Part shown: positions 47,601 to 56,860 of the stretch, piece by piece | Position numbering within the stretch: the first letter of the stretch is position 1 | How the letters are laid out: every line of letters begins with the position of its first letter | From: Bugula neritina | Taxonomy: Eukaryota; Animalia; Bryozoa | Assembly: GCA_964035545.1 (NCBI GenBank) | Contig: OZ037773.1 | Coordinates: forward strand, 4,245,751-4,309,750 | DNA length: 64,000 nucleotides | Reading direction: 5' to 3' | Notes under the pieces: model-generated | What the model was told of the DNA's origin: nothing | Databases searched by the model: none | The model's input: only the letters and a program-made list of their open reading frames with translations | Program-made: the position numbers and the translations under genes

Positions 47601-50600
47601 AACAGAGTATCGCGAGTCAGAGCCTCTCCTGACAGTCACACCTCCCATATGGTCGATGGCATCACCACCAATGAGGCAATCAACGCCAAGGTTCCCCAAC
47701 TCGCTCATGACAGGAGCCGAGACACTGAAGCAGTGTCCCTGCAGTCCAACGGTAACTCGGCAAGTGCCCTCCACGTGAGAGGCACTGCCATCAGCCGTTA
47801 ATAACGGCCGGCCTGCTTTGAGCCGTTTCCCACCAACCACCCGCGGACTTACCAGAGTCCGCTCGCTTCCAGTGTCGACAAGACACGAGAAACAACGGCC
47901 GTTCAGCACTGCCTGAATGACGGGCATACGGCTACTTGTGGTAGTCCTACTAATTGCCCCAGATAGCGCCAAGCTATCCCGCGGTACGCATGCACCGCTC
48001 AGAACCTCGCTCATCGATAAAGAGCAAGGCCCTCGGCGGTTAACGCCTAAACTGTGGTATCCATGCTGGAGGATGCGGCGCCCCGAGTTGCATCCTCCGC
48101 CTGAAAACCCGGCTGGTTACCTTCCAGCCCTGCAGCTACTGCAGGCGGTTTCGGGCAGTCCCGAACCCAGTGGTCGATGCCTCCGCACCGGAAGCATCCA
48201 GCTCTCTTCCCAGAAGAGTTTCTCACGGGCCGCTTGTTGAAAGAAGCCCGCCTGCTCTCGGTGCAATCCTTTACCCGGTGTGCACCGCCACACCGATAGC
48301 AGGAACTGGCACCTGACTGCTGCTGCGCTCTTCCAGAAGCAGCAGCGACTTCCCCCGACTGTTGCCCAGATCTAGAACGGCGTGCAACAGCCCTGCGCGA
48401 GACCACTCTTTCTCGCACACGTGCCAAAACTGACCCAAAGTCGGCCTTGTAGGCACTTTCGAGGGTTACTGCCCACTCGTAGACAGAGGCCGGCAAGCCT
48501 TCATAAAACTGAGCTCGAAAACTCAGATCATTGCAGGTCATGCCGACTCGCCCACCGAACCGCTCCAAGCGGTCCAGGTACACGTCAATCGTGTCCCCGT
48601 CTTCCATGCGGCAGGTAGTGAACCTACGCCATGCTTCCTGCATAGGCATGGCGTACTCGGCCACCAAGGCCGCTTTTACTACATCCCATTGGGATGCTTC
48701 GGCCACACGCATCCTGCTGTAGACACGAGCAGCATTGCCACCCAACATGTAGATGAGGATTTCCGTTGGGGCAATCTGTTCTACCTCGCAGAGTCCCTCA
48801 AACTCCCTGATCCACGCAGTGACATCTACACTGCCATCGCCAGTAAACTGGGGCGTGGCTTGTCGAATTCTCGACAGAATCGGGCCCTTTGCCTGATTGA
48901 GGATGCTAGCCAAGACCCTCGCATCCAACAGAACTGGAGCTGCAAGCCCAGTGCCCGCAGATGATGGCCCGCCAAGGTCGGAAGCGCCACCAACTGCCGA
49001 ACTCTCCCCAGGAGAGTCCTTGCCTTCAATTTTCTCTCCTTCCCGTGACATTCCGTTCTCCACAGTCAACAAGTATGAGTAATAAACTATTTGACTGAGA
49101 ACCAGAATGCACAAGCTTACTAACTACGTTTAAGTAGTAGTAAGAAACAGCAGTAATATTATGATTATATCACGTTGTTACTAACCATAAAGTAATAATA
49201 GTAATAATAGTAATAATAGCAATAATAATGATAATGCTGCCGAAATAGCTTGTTACCTGCAAGTGCAAATTAATATGAGAGTCAAACTCAAAACAAATAA
49301 CGGAGACTAGCAGTAACTTATAATAATGATTATAATAATAATTATAATAATAATACGAATAATAATATATCGACAGCCCCAAGCTGTCACCGTGACCTCC
49401 AAACCACCCCTTAGTCACCCCAATCTCCACCCGTGATCTGCCCAGCAAATCACCGTATTCGCCCAGAATACAATGACCAGAAACTTGAATTTGCTAAACT
49501 CTCTAATAGATATAAACGTTCTCAGTCCAACACTGTCACACGATTGATAGAGGCTTTTATTTCGCAGCGCAGCACGAGGAGAAGTCCTTGACCCCTGCTG
49601 TGTACCTAAGCACTCTATCTTGCTGCGCCGCTAACGGCATCGGCATACTTACAGCCCACACTGTTGGGCTTAAAATTACAAAGAAAATAGCTAATGAAAC
49701 TAAGTTTTGATAGTCATTTAAATTCAATTTAAATTTTCCCATTTTTTTACTTTCTACTGCATATAATTGAGTTTTCTTAATCATCGTACTGAAAGTCAAA
49801 ATTTTGGCATCTGAAAAAGTGGCTATCATAATTATTTAACACTTTGCTTAGTAATTATCAATAAGTTATCATTTTTATTAGCAGACAACATTGTAGCGCG
49901 CAGTCTTTTTCTACTTCTCAGATCGATCTGGCGTCTTTCCATGGTCTTATTGACAGTCCTGTAAGTTTATTAATAATCTGCAAGACAGCCATTAATTTTA
50001 TATAAGCTGTCAAGCTAAAAAATTAAAATTAATTATTTTAAATTGGCCAAATTACCATACACTGAAAGCTTTGCTGCGTATAGTTTATAGCTGGGATTAA
50101 ATTTTAGACTACTACCATCTTGTTTTCAACAGTAGTAGCTTTAATCACTCAAACAGGTGAACAAATTTTACTTTTAAAGTATCCTTCACTTAAGAGGAGG
50201 CAACTTCGCGAGATCGATCTGACACTCTCATGGAAAAACGATCGATCTGAGCACATTTCTCAGATCGATCTCGGCGAGATCGATCTGAGATCGGTACATG
50301 GAAAGCCCGTGATTGACATGAGATCGATCTAAGTTCGAGCTCTACAGACCGACCAGCTCAGATCGACGGAGATCGATCTTTGGCGTCTTTCCATGGATCG
50401 ATCTCGCTGAGATCGATCTGAGATCGGTACATGGAAAGCCGGTGATTATAAAACAAAATTGTTTAGGCATCTAACCTTAAAACAGTATGTAAATGAAAAC
50501 TAACATATAGATAAGAATATTTTAGTACTGCATAAGTGAAGTGTGCCAGGGATTCTTCAACTACTTATCTTTCACAATACAATCAATAAAAATGAGATCT

Positions 50601-52217
50601 TAGTTATATACTTTTAAAAAAGTCTTGTCTCTATATGGCCTGTCCTGATTAAATGTCTTTGAAATATCTGTCTGTGCAGGATAGCTAAGGGCAACTTTTT
50701 AGCTGCAACTGCCTTGCTGAGGTTTGCATTGTAACTGTGTAAAAATTCAGTACCAATAAAAACAATCTCATTTGATTGAAGGCTACTAGAATCAAAATTT
50801 AAAAACTATATGGTGTGAATCTTATTTTTCTCATTGCAGCTTTTTTGGAATTTTTTCATTCTTTTGCAAAGTTGTAGGAAAAAAAACTGCACATTTTTGG
50901 CTAATTTTGCTTCAAAGTTGATTTTTGTAGTACCAGTAAAATATCTTAGCAGGAAAACATGATATCTGAATAAAAAAGCAATGACTTTTAAATTTTATAT
51001 AAATTGTGGATTTATACACTGGTCCAGTATTATAACATTAATACATATTATAATGTATCACATTTATTATGAATAATGCAATAAACTATTATAAATTTGT
51101 TTCACATTTATGATGGATAATACACTATTATAATATATCAAATGCATTATAACATAAATTAAAAAAAACAAGTCTATACGCAGCATCAATAGTCATATAT
51201 TTCCTGTTTCCTGTTTATAGTCAGAGAGATGGCCAAGAGGAAGCGCATCACTCAGTAGCGTTTTGACGATCTCACCTCGAATTCATAGGTCAAGGTCACA
51301 GTATAGAGACCGATATGAATACCCTCGCAGTTCAAGTAGAGGGCACAGTGAGTGCATATAAATGATCAACTGCTTTGCGTTTTGGTTTTTAGATAGTGTT
51401 ATTACTAATTTACATAATATACAACAAGATCTATACATACACTTATATATAACATTTAATGATTTTAAAAAATTTAACGTAATATATTAAGTTCAGTATA
51501 CTACTTCATTAGAAAAATATTTTACTTTTTAAAAACACTAATAAACTTAATGACTGACTTGGCCTTTGCCTGTGATTCTATAGGAATGATAAAATATGAT
51601 GTGAGAATACCAGAGGGACGGTCACGCTCCCCCCTTAAATATCATGATGACAGGTTGTATTCGGAGTTCCTCAAAAGTCATAGGAATGCAAAGTTTAACC
51701 CCCAGGGTTATGGTGAAAGTAGTCAAAGTGGATATCCTTCCCACCCTGAGCCTACAGCCTCAAGTGTAAGTCAGTTTGAATATGAAATCAGCAGACAAAT
51801 TTGGTTTCAATTTGAGGCACTAAGATAATCATTGAACAAAGAATTTCTCTCTCCATTTACTACAGCAACTGCACAAGTTTATACTTGATATGTTTATAAT
51901 AAGTCAAAGAAAAACAATGTTCTAGATTAAAAATTGTAGCAAAAGAAGTTTTGTTTGAATAAGAATTTTAACCAGCACCTTAAACTAAGGTACACGTCAA
52001 TATTTGACCAGGATTACCACCCTAGTCGAGTATTAGCATATATTTTGAGGAATTTCATCAGTCTATTAGTATCATATGTGAAATAAAATCAAGTTTGAAA
52101 GTGAAAGTCGTCAAATTGTAGCATGGAAATGTTTGTACAATTCAATTATTTTAGGTAGAGAAAGTAGCTGCTGCAACTAAGGTGGACCAAGACATGATAT
52201 CATGCATTATATTGTAA
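41661..52217 (+). CDS. Unrecognised 340-aa protein with a ComEA/EEPD1-type helix-hairpin-helix domain and a C-terminal CaaX (CIIL); exons 41661-41963, 42288-42466, 42859-43027, 51221-51347, 51584-51765, 52155-52217
   Basis: Six GT-AG exons with compatible phases (0,2,0,1,0) sum to 1023 nt. LDVNTCTISALKK|TGVPHAVAQKIVRYRKKHKCFVHINELLRVQGVKGELFSLLAKLVFV fits the ComEA HhH pattern. The protein ends DMISCIIL*, and AATAAA lies at 52256. Confidence 0.78.
42581..42786. mobile_element. Tc1/mariner-pogo-type MITE family B, copy 2 (inverted relative to copy 1)
   Basis: TA|CAGTGCTCCTTCCATATCTC...GAGATACGGAGGGAGCATTG. The internal segment matches the reverse complement of 31441-31520. Confidence 0.75.
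43277..43872 (-). mobile_element. Decayed hAT (Charlie/Buster-like) transposon end with frameshifted transposase C-terminus
   Basis: TIR-like CAGGGGTGTCCAACCTTTT at 43277. The minus strand at 43870-43712 reads FSQMKYTK/(frameshift)LTSQHLVQQLRVICFDTKPDINRIVPGKQ...QVFH*, resembling the hAT dimerisation tail (FSxMKxxKxxxRxxLTDxHLxxxLR...PDIxxL...QxSH). Confidence 0.7.
44358..44767 (-). repeat. 3' LTR
   Basis: Direct repeat of 49251-49660 with TGT...ACA ends. Confidence 0.95.
44793..48110 (-). CDS. pol: Pol polyprotein (aspartic protease, RT, RNase H, integrase), reached by -1 frameshift from gag (first ATG 48014)
   Basis: Motifs: LVDTGS (PR); RPVMDYRELN, DLKSAYLQ and YIDD (RT); TDASSIGIG and HINVAELEA (RH); H-H...CETC zinc finger and D-D-E (DVTH, DNSMAF, ERNHR) (IN). 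The frame stays open upstream to the slippery site. Confidence 0.93.
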   Translation of the reverse strand, partial: GFSGGGCNSGRRILQHGYHSLGVNRRGPCSLSMSEVLSGACVPRDSLALSGAISRTTTSSRMPVIQAVLNGRCFSCLVDTGSERTLVSPRVVGGKRLKAGRPLLTADGSASHVEGTCRVTVGLQGHCFSVSAPVMSELGNLGVDCLIGGDAIDHMGGVTVRRGSDSRYSVVWGKQSSAGCCDFPRQKVASPGLACGATTAVNDSRSSDLGSLRVEDPDFVANFDNGRWTVSWRWTGESPSKLQTRVSEYRCTQAPQIHERYCAELESWISKGWLKRWDGPVEGVIPLLAVFQPTKDKVRPVMDYRELNNYVESHTGDDKVAVCSEKIRKWRQLKGNLRVVDLKSAYLQIHIAKDLWKYQVVRHKGVHYALTRLGFGLSCAPRIMTSILGKVLSMDDRVRRATDHYIDDIVVQESVVGAEEVRKHLAKYGLETKEPESLDGGRLLGIALKSDSRGELRMMRATALSEIHLKPKSLTKRGLFSLCGRLVGHYPVAGWLRMHCSFLKRLGCGGGWDAPVGNAVSNLAAELLNRAKREDPVRGCWRVNPGGSVTVWTDASSIGIGVVLEVDGNVVEDASWLRKESDHSHINVAELEAVARGINLAVTWGFKTFTLAIDSLTVVNWMGNTVDARSRVRTKSAAEMLIKRRLGVIRDTITEFDLEISVRFVPTAENKADCMTRVAKQWLGSRGLGSTDMQVIAALSTGESVEDAIWAAHLPHHLGVDRTLYLARQIRRDLSREQVKRELAGCETCQRVDPALRSENIVPTGSLSVEGNWQRVAIDVTHYDGRLFLSMVDCGPSRLAIWRRLQSESAEKIVAQLRSVVIERGPCEELLLDNSMAFRSASVEEFADEWGISLRFRAAYAPSGNGIVERNHRTIKRIAERGGISPEEATFWYNVTPRKDADEGSVPSNVLFRYPWRVPFDINTTEAGVCGDCNFAIGDEVWLKPPTPSCTRQWALGEVTGVVSRHTVCVNGVPRHVRDVRKRRHGGELAQHGGRRHQGGLSARVDDQHIPYAGPPGDLPLVLSEEHGEEANAGQYAIREDPAQPDADVNGVRCPERPTEQVGVDAEESENADVPLLHHGRPQRVRRRPAYLADYVDWPEVVASP
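48047..49114 (-). CDS. gag: Gag (probable start MSREG at 49051) with two CCHC-type zinc knuckles
   Basis: Capsid-like region FTGDGSVDVTAWIREFE and knuckles CYRCGGAHRVKDC and CFRCGGIDHWVRDC. Confidence 0.92.
   Translation of the reverse strand: MCILVLSQIVYYSYLLTVENGMSREGEKIEGKDSPGESSAVGGASDLGGPSSAGTGLAAPVLLDARVLASILNQAKGPILSRIRQATPQFTGDGSVDVTAWIREFEGLCEVEQIAPTEILIYMLGGNAARVYSRMRVAEASQWDVVKAALVAEYAMPMQEAWRRFTTCRMEDGDTIDVYLDRLERFGGRVGMTCNDLSFRAQFYEGLPASVYEWAVTLESAYKADFGSVLARVRERVVSRRAVARRSRSGQQSGEVAAASGRAQQQSGASSCYRCGGAHRVKDCTESRRASFNKRPVRNSSGKRAGCFRCGGIDHWVRDCPKPPAVAAGLEGNQPGFQAEDATRGAASSSMDTTV
48068..48110 (-). promoter_or_regulatory. -1 programmed ribosomal frameshift signal
   Basis: G GGU UUU heptamer in the gag frame, a 5-nt spacer, then a perfect 9-bp stem GGAGGAUGC/GCAUCCUCC. 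Pol is in the -1 frame and is open from this point. Confidence 0.85.
49251..49660 (-). repeat. 5' LTR
   Basis: Direct repeat of 44358-44767. Contains AATAAA on the minus strand at ~49556-49561. Confidence 0.95.
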
Positions 52218-52352
52218 TTTTGGCTTGTATGTGTAAATACAAATAGTATATTTCCAATAAAATATGATACACTACTTATTATAGCACTTATTCTGCAGTG
52301 ACAGTTACTGGATTTTTATGTGCAACAGAACAACTCTTTCGAAGAACATAGT

Positions 52353-52368
52353 GGCCCTGAAAAGGGCC
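52353..52368 (-). terminator. Histone 3' stem-loop (H2B)
   Basis: GGCCCTTTTCAGGGCC on minus, followed by a purine-rich HDE GAAAGAG. Confidence 0.95.
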
Positions 52369-52398
52369 GTTGGGGTATGAATCAGGGATTTAAGACGT

Positions 52399-52767
52399 CT
52401 ACTTGGAGCTGGTGTATTTGGTGACTGCCTTTGTACCCTCAGATACAGCGTGTTTGGCTAATTCTCCTGGGAGAATTAGTCTTACTGCGGTCTGAACTTC
52501 TCGGCTGGTAATGGTGGATCTTTTATTGTAATGAGCAAGTCTTGATGCTTCACCAGCAATTCTCTCAAAAACATCATTGACGAAACTGTTCATGATTGAC
52601 ATTGCCTTGCTGGAGACACCAGTGTCAGGATGGACCTGCTTTAAGACCTTATAAATGTAGATTCCATAGCTTTCTTTCCTTTTCCTCTTCTTTTTCTTAT
52701 CGCCAGTGCGGGCTGCCTTAGCCTTTCCTGCTTTCTTTGCACCTTTAGAGCTAACTTTAGGAGGCAT
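52399..52767 (-). CDS. H2B: Histone H2B (replication-dependent)
   Basis: [12 protein letters not shown]...[22 protein letters not shown]...[10 protein letters not shown]; intronless; has a 3' stem-loop. Confidence 0.98.
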   Translation of the reverse strand: MPPKVSSKGAKKAGKAKAARTGDKKKKRKRKESYGIYIYKVLKQVHPDTGVSSKAMSIMNSFVNDVFERIAGEASRLAHYNKRSTITSREVQTAVRLILPGELAKHAVSEGTKAVTKYTSSK

Positions 52768-53072
52768 GGTACTTCGAGTCCGTAATTTACAATGTTGAAT
52801 GATTCCCATTACAGTTGCGCGTCATTATATCATGCAAAATATGTAAATTAGATAGTTCTACGCTTTTCATTGGCCAACGGTAAATAGCTCATTGTTTATT
52901 GTAATCATTAGGGCGCGCATATTTGAATAAACTCTACTAAGACGTCCGTTAAACAGCCGTTATATGATTGGATAATGTCTAACTACTGTTTATGCATATA
53001 AAAACAAACCACGTTGTTTTCGAATGATCATTCAGCATCAAAGTATCGTTGCTACTATTAAATTACTATAAA

Positions 53073-53450
53073 ATGTCTGGACGTGGAAAAGGAGGAAAGG
53101 CCAAAGGCAAGAGCAAGACTAGATCTTCGAGGGCTGGACTGCAATTCCCAGTCGGAAGAATACACAGGCTGCTCCGTAAGGGCAACTATGCCGAGCGAGT
53201 TGGTGCCGGTGCCCCAGTTTATCTTGCAGCTGTAATGGAATACTTGGCTGCTGAAGTTTTGGAGTTGGCAGGAAATGCTGCCAGAGATAACAAAAAGACC
53301 AGAATTATCCCCCGTCACCTGCAACTAGCCATCAGGAATGATGAGGAGTTGAACCGACTCCTGGGAGGTGTCACCATTGCTCAAGGTGGTGTGTTGCCAA
53401 ACATACAAGCTGTGCTGCTGCCCAGCAAGACCAAGAAAGCTGCAGCCTAA
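53073..53450 (+). CDS. H2A: Histone H2A (replication-dependent)
   Basis: [32 protein letters not shown]...; divergent from H2B. Confidence 0.98.
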   Translation: MSGRGKGGKAKGKSKTRSSRAGLQFPVGRIHRLLRKGNYAERVGAGAPVYLAAVMEYLAAEVLELAGNAARDNKKTRIIPRHLQLAIRNDEELNRLLGGVTIAQGGVLPNIQAVLLPSKTKKAAA

Positions 53451-53479
53451 CTGTCGACTAGAACCCAACTAAACCCAAT

Positions 53480-53495
53480 GGCCCTTTTCAGGGCC
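53480..53495 (+). terminator. Histone 3' stem-loop (H2A)
   Basis: GGCCCTTTTCAGGGCC followed by ACCAA and AAAGAG. Confidence 0.95.
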
Positions 53496-54203
53496 ACCAA
53501 TTGATTCCTAAAGAGTGTTCATTATCATTGCTATTACAAATAGCATAACATGTCACATTGTTGCTAAATTTTACAATTTTAGGATATTCACTCATGCTTG
53601 TAGAGGAGGTATTTCGCCTCAGATACGTTACAGTAGCGACTTGATTTGTTAAATTATTGTACGCGCATGTAGCAAATCTTACTACTACTAGCACTATTAC
53701 TACCACTAGCAGTTTAGGTTGTAAGAGGATAGGAGTTATCTCATGAAAACGTCGACTATAGAGTATAGTATAAGTATTTGAATACAATCGCAGTTCTCAG
53801 CTGTGGACAGTCATTAAAATTATCAGTTAGCCTTATGTGTTCTGCAAATCATTGGAATACCCACAGCACGTAACAGCAGATTTGAAACGTGTAGATTGTT
53901 ACATACACCACCGAGAACTTTTCAGTATAATTATATTGCGGATAAGTTAAGGTTATCTGTATTATTATAACTATTTGCCCCTCCTACTTGACAAATTTAT
54001 TTACCTCAACTCGTTATCGCTATGATATTAGGCAATTATTGCAGCTGCCCCACCCCACAATCAACCTTGGTGTTATTCAATCTATGTAGTATGTACAATA
54101 CGGGTAATCATTCAAGGATATTTAACTTTTGAAAACTAAGTTATGTACAATTACTATAAACTACAAGATTGAGAACATGAACTACACTTTGGTAGGAGAT
54201 GGT

Positions 54204-54219
54204 GGCCCTGAAAAGGGCC
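54204..54219 (-). terminator. Histone 3' stem-loop (H4)
   Basis: Reverse complement of GGCCCTTTTCAGGGCC. Confidence 0.95.
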
Positions 54220-54248
54220 GTTGGGGTTATTGAAATGCTACATCTAGT

Positions 54249-54581
<333 letters not shown>

Positions 54582-54752
54582 CTAAAGCGAATGATGAGCG
54601 ATCCCGCGGTACCAAGATATATATTGTCACAAAACGAACGTCTTAGTGCTTTGCCCAACAAATCAACTTTTCATAGGAGTATTTGCATTCATTGTTTCGC
54701 TCACTTAGTTAGAATAATTTAGTAGTTGACCTATATCTATACTAACCAATAG

Positions 54753-55244
<492 letters not shown>

Positions 55245-55270
55245 ATTACTTGAAGCTATACAACCCCAAC

Positions 55271-55286
55271 GGCCCTTTTCAGGGCC
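55271..55286 (+). terminator. Histone 3' stem-loop (H3)
   Basis: GGCCCTTTTCAGGGCC followed by ACCAA and CAAGAG. Confidence 0.95.
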
Positions 55287-55771
55287 ACCAATATTATCAA
55301 GAGTCATTACTGTTCAAATCCTAATATTTGTAGTTGTTAGTATTACTCTTCCTAGTTTCTTGTTGCCATTAGCACTTAGTTCTATTAGTATTAGTCTGTA
55401 AAAGCAACACTGTAAGTTGCACTTTCAATTAATCTTGGCTAGGAATGCAGACAGTTATTTTTTAAATGTAAACCTGCAGCTGCTACTCAAGTTTGGCTAA
55501 CTGAGTAAGTCCCTGGTCTACTTGACAGTAGCTGCCTATGAAATCCACTATGTGCATTATTTATTAATGAGAACCATTTTTAATAATAAAAGGGTATGCA
55601 GTGTCTTATAATTGAACAAATAATAAAAATACATGTACGTATATAATGTGTAGAATAAATTTCCCTTCACCTAGTGTTGAGTTAGGACAAGTAAAACAAC
55701 AGAATTGATTGAAATACAGTCACTACATGATATACTTATACTAGTCTACTGTCACTACTAGCTGTGGTACT

Positions 55772-56860
55772 CTATTTACTAATTAGGCACAGGCTTTCCT
55801 TTATCTCATCTGGTGTGCAAGTAGCCTCAGGTCTACAGCAATGACACACAATGTCTCTGAAAATAGACAACCTCTCCTCCGTGGCTTCTGCTTCTACCAC
55901 TACAAGCATAATGGTTCTTAATGGCAGACAAATACAAGGCTATTGGCTTTTGTAATGACTCGAATTGTTCTATACGCAGCACAGAGTTGGAGTAACTAGT
56001 CCCAACTCCAACTCCAATCCCGAGAAGCCGAAACTACTGCACTCACTCACCCCCTAATTGGAGCTGCATATAGAACAATTCCCACAATAGCAACTCGTCT
56101 AAAACTTGTAAGTGACTGAGTAACTTTTATCATGACATGACCTAAAAATACCCGATGCATAATACGTTTTACTCTACTAAACATAATTCAAAAGCTTAAA
56201 TAACATAATACATCATAAATGTCATGAGAGCATAACTCTATGCTGCACAACTTGACATAAATATTATAGCAACTTGAGGTCCTGAATGAATAATCTCATG
56301 CATACCTCCATCCCAGGGGCAAACAGCGAAGAGATCGTTGATAATCTGATGCTTGCAGGCGTCATGCGCTTCTCCAAAGTCACATATTATGACTGGAAGC
56401 TGTCGACTTGGAAACCACTCGTTAAATACATTTGCTCCAACTTGACTCAACAAGAGAAAGAACGCAACTCCTATTAGTACTCCTCTATAACAAAATATAT
56501 GACAGTTTACCATTTGGAAATAGCCAAAAGCAGGATGTTGATTGCCAACCGCAATTGCTCTTTCTGTGTGGTTTATACATTTGACTGCATATTTCTTTAT
56601 TTAAATTCAAATCATGATTAAGTTTATTGCTACTTTAATTGCAGCGAGCAAGGTTGCACTAAAACAATTTAAAAACTTGTATATATAACTTAATAATATG
56701 TGTAGTAAAAAATATATCTAATATTATGTACTATATATAAAGAAATAACGTACATCATATATATATTTTCAATATATATTACAGGTATATAATATTACAT
56801 TATTACAATATAATAGGATATCATCAATAAAAAATTACATTTCTCTCCTCACCTTTTCAT
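55772..56860 (-). CDS. Insulin-like peptide precursor, 104 aa, 8 Cys; exons 56860-56853, 56484-56306, 55899-55772
   Basis: Signal peptide MKRGVLIGVAFFLLLSQVGA. B-like region IICDFGEAHDACKHQIINDLFAVCPWD (C-x11-C plus an extra Cys). A phase-1 intron follows the B region, as in insulin-family genes. A-like region DIVCHCCRPEATCTPDEIKESLC. TATAAAA at 56923-56929 (minus). The exons total 315 nt in frame. Confidence 0.85.
55962..56081. mobile_element. Palindromic MITE family A, copy 3 (in intron 2 of the insulin-like gene)
   Basis: Inverted ends GAATTGTTCTATACGCAGC...GCTGCATATAGAACAATTC. Confidence 0.75.

Larger units (their letters stand above)
44358..49660 (-). mobile_element. Full-length Ty3/Gypsy LTR retrotransposon
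   Basis: Two 410-bp TG...CA LTRs (44358-44767 and 49251-49660) that appear identical, and a 5-bp TSD CTGTT (44353-44357 and 49661-49665). A polypurine tract (AGCTAGGGGAGA on minus) abuts the 3' LTR. Gag and pol are intact, in PR-RT-RH-IN order. Confidence 0.97.
43993..50447. mobile_element. Foldback-type non-autonomous DNA element with ~365-bp inverted arms rich in AGATCGATCT, interrupted by the Gypsy insertion
   Basis: Left arm 43993-44356 is a near-perfect inverted copy of ~49953-50314. An extra right terminus (...CATGGAAAGCCGGTGATT) ends at 50447. Confidence 0.8.

Noticed and set aside
44795-49082. Many short plus-strand ORFs within the retrotransposon
   Set aside because: Antisense shadows of GC-rich gag/pol with no recognisable motifs.
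43971-50332. Duplicated 70-92 aa ORFs (MFSTVVALITQ..., MLGRSRVEIG...)
   Set aside because: They arise from the inverted arms and the LTRs; there is no coding evidence.
56286-56477. 63-aa plus-strand ORF MNNLMHTSIPG...
   Set aside because: Antisense shadow of exon 2 of the insulin-like gene, which has a signal peptide, a Cys pattern and splice sites on the minus strand.
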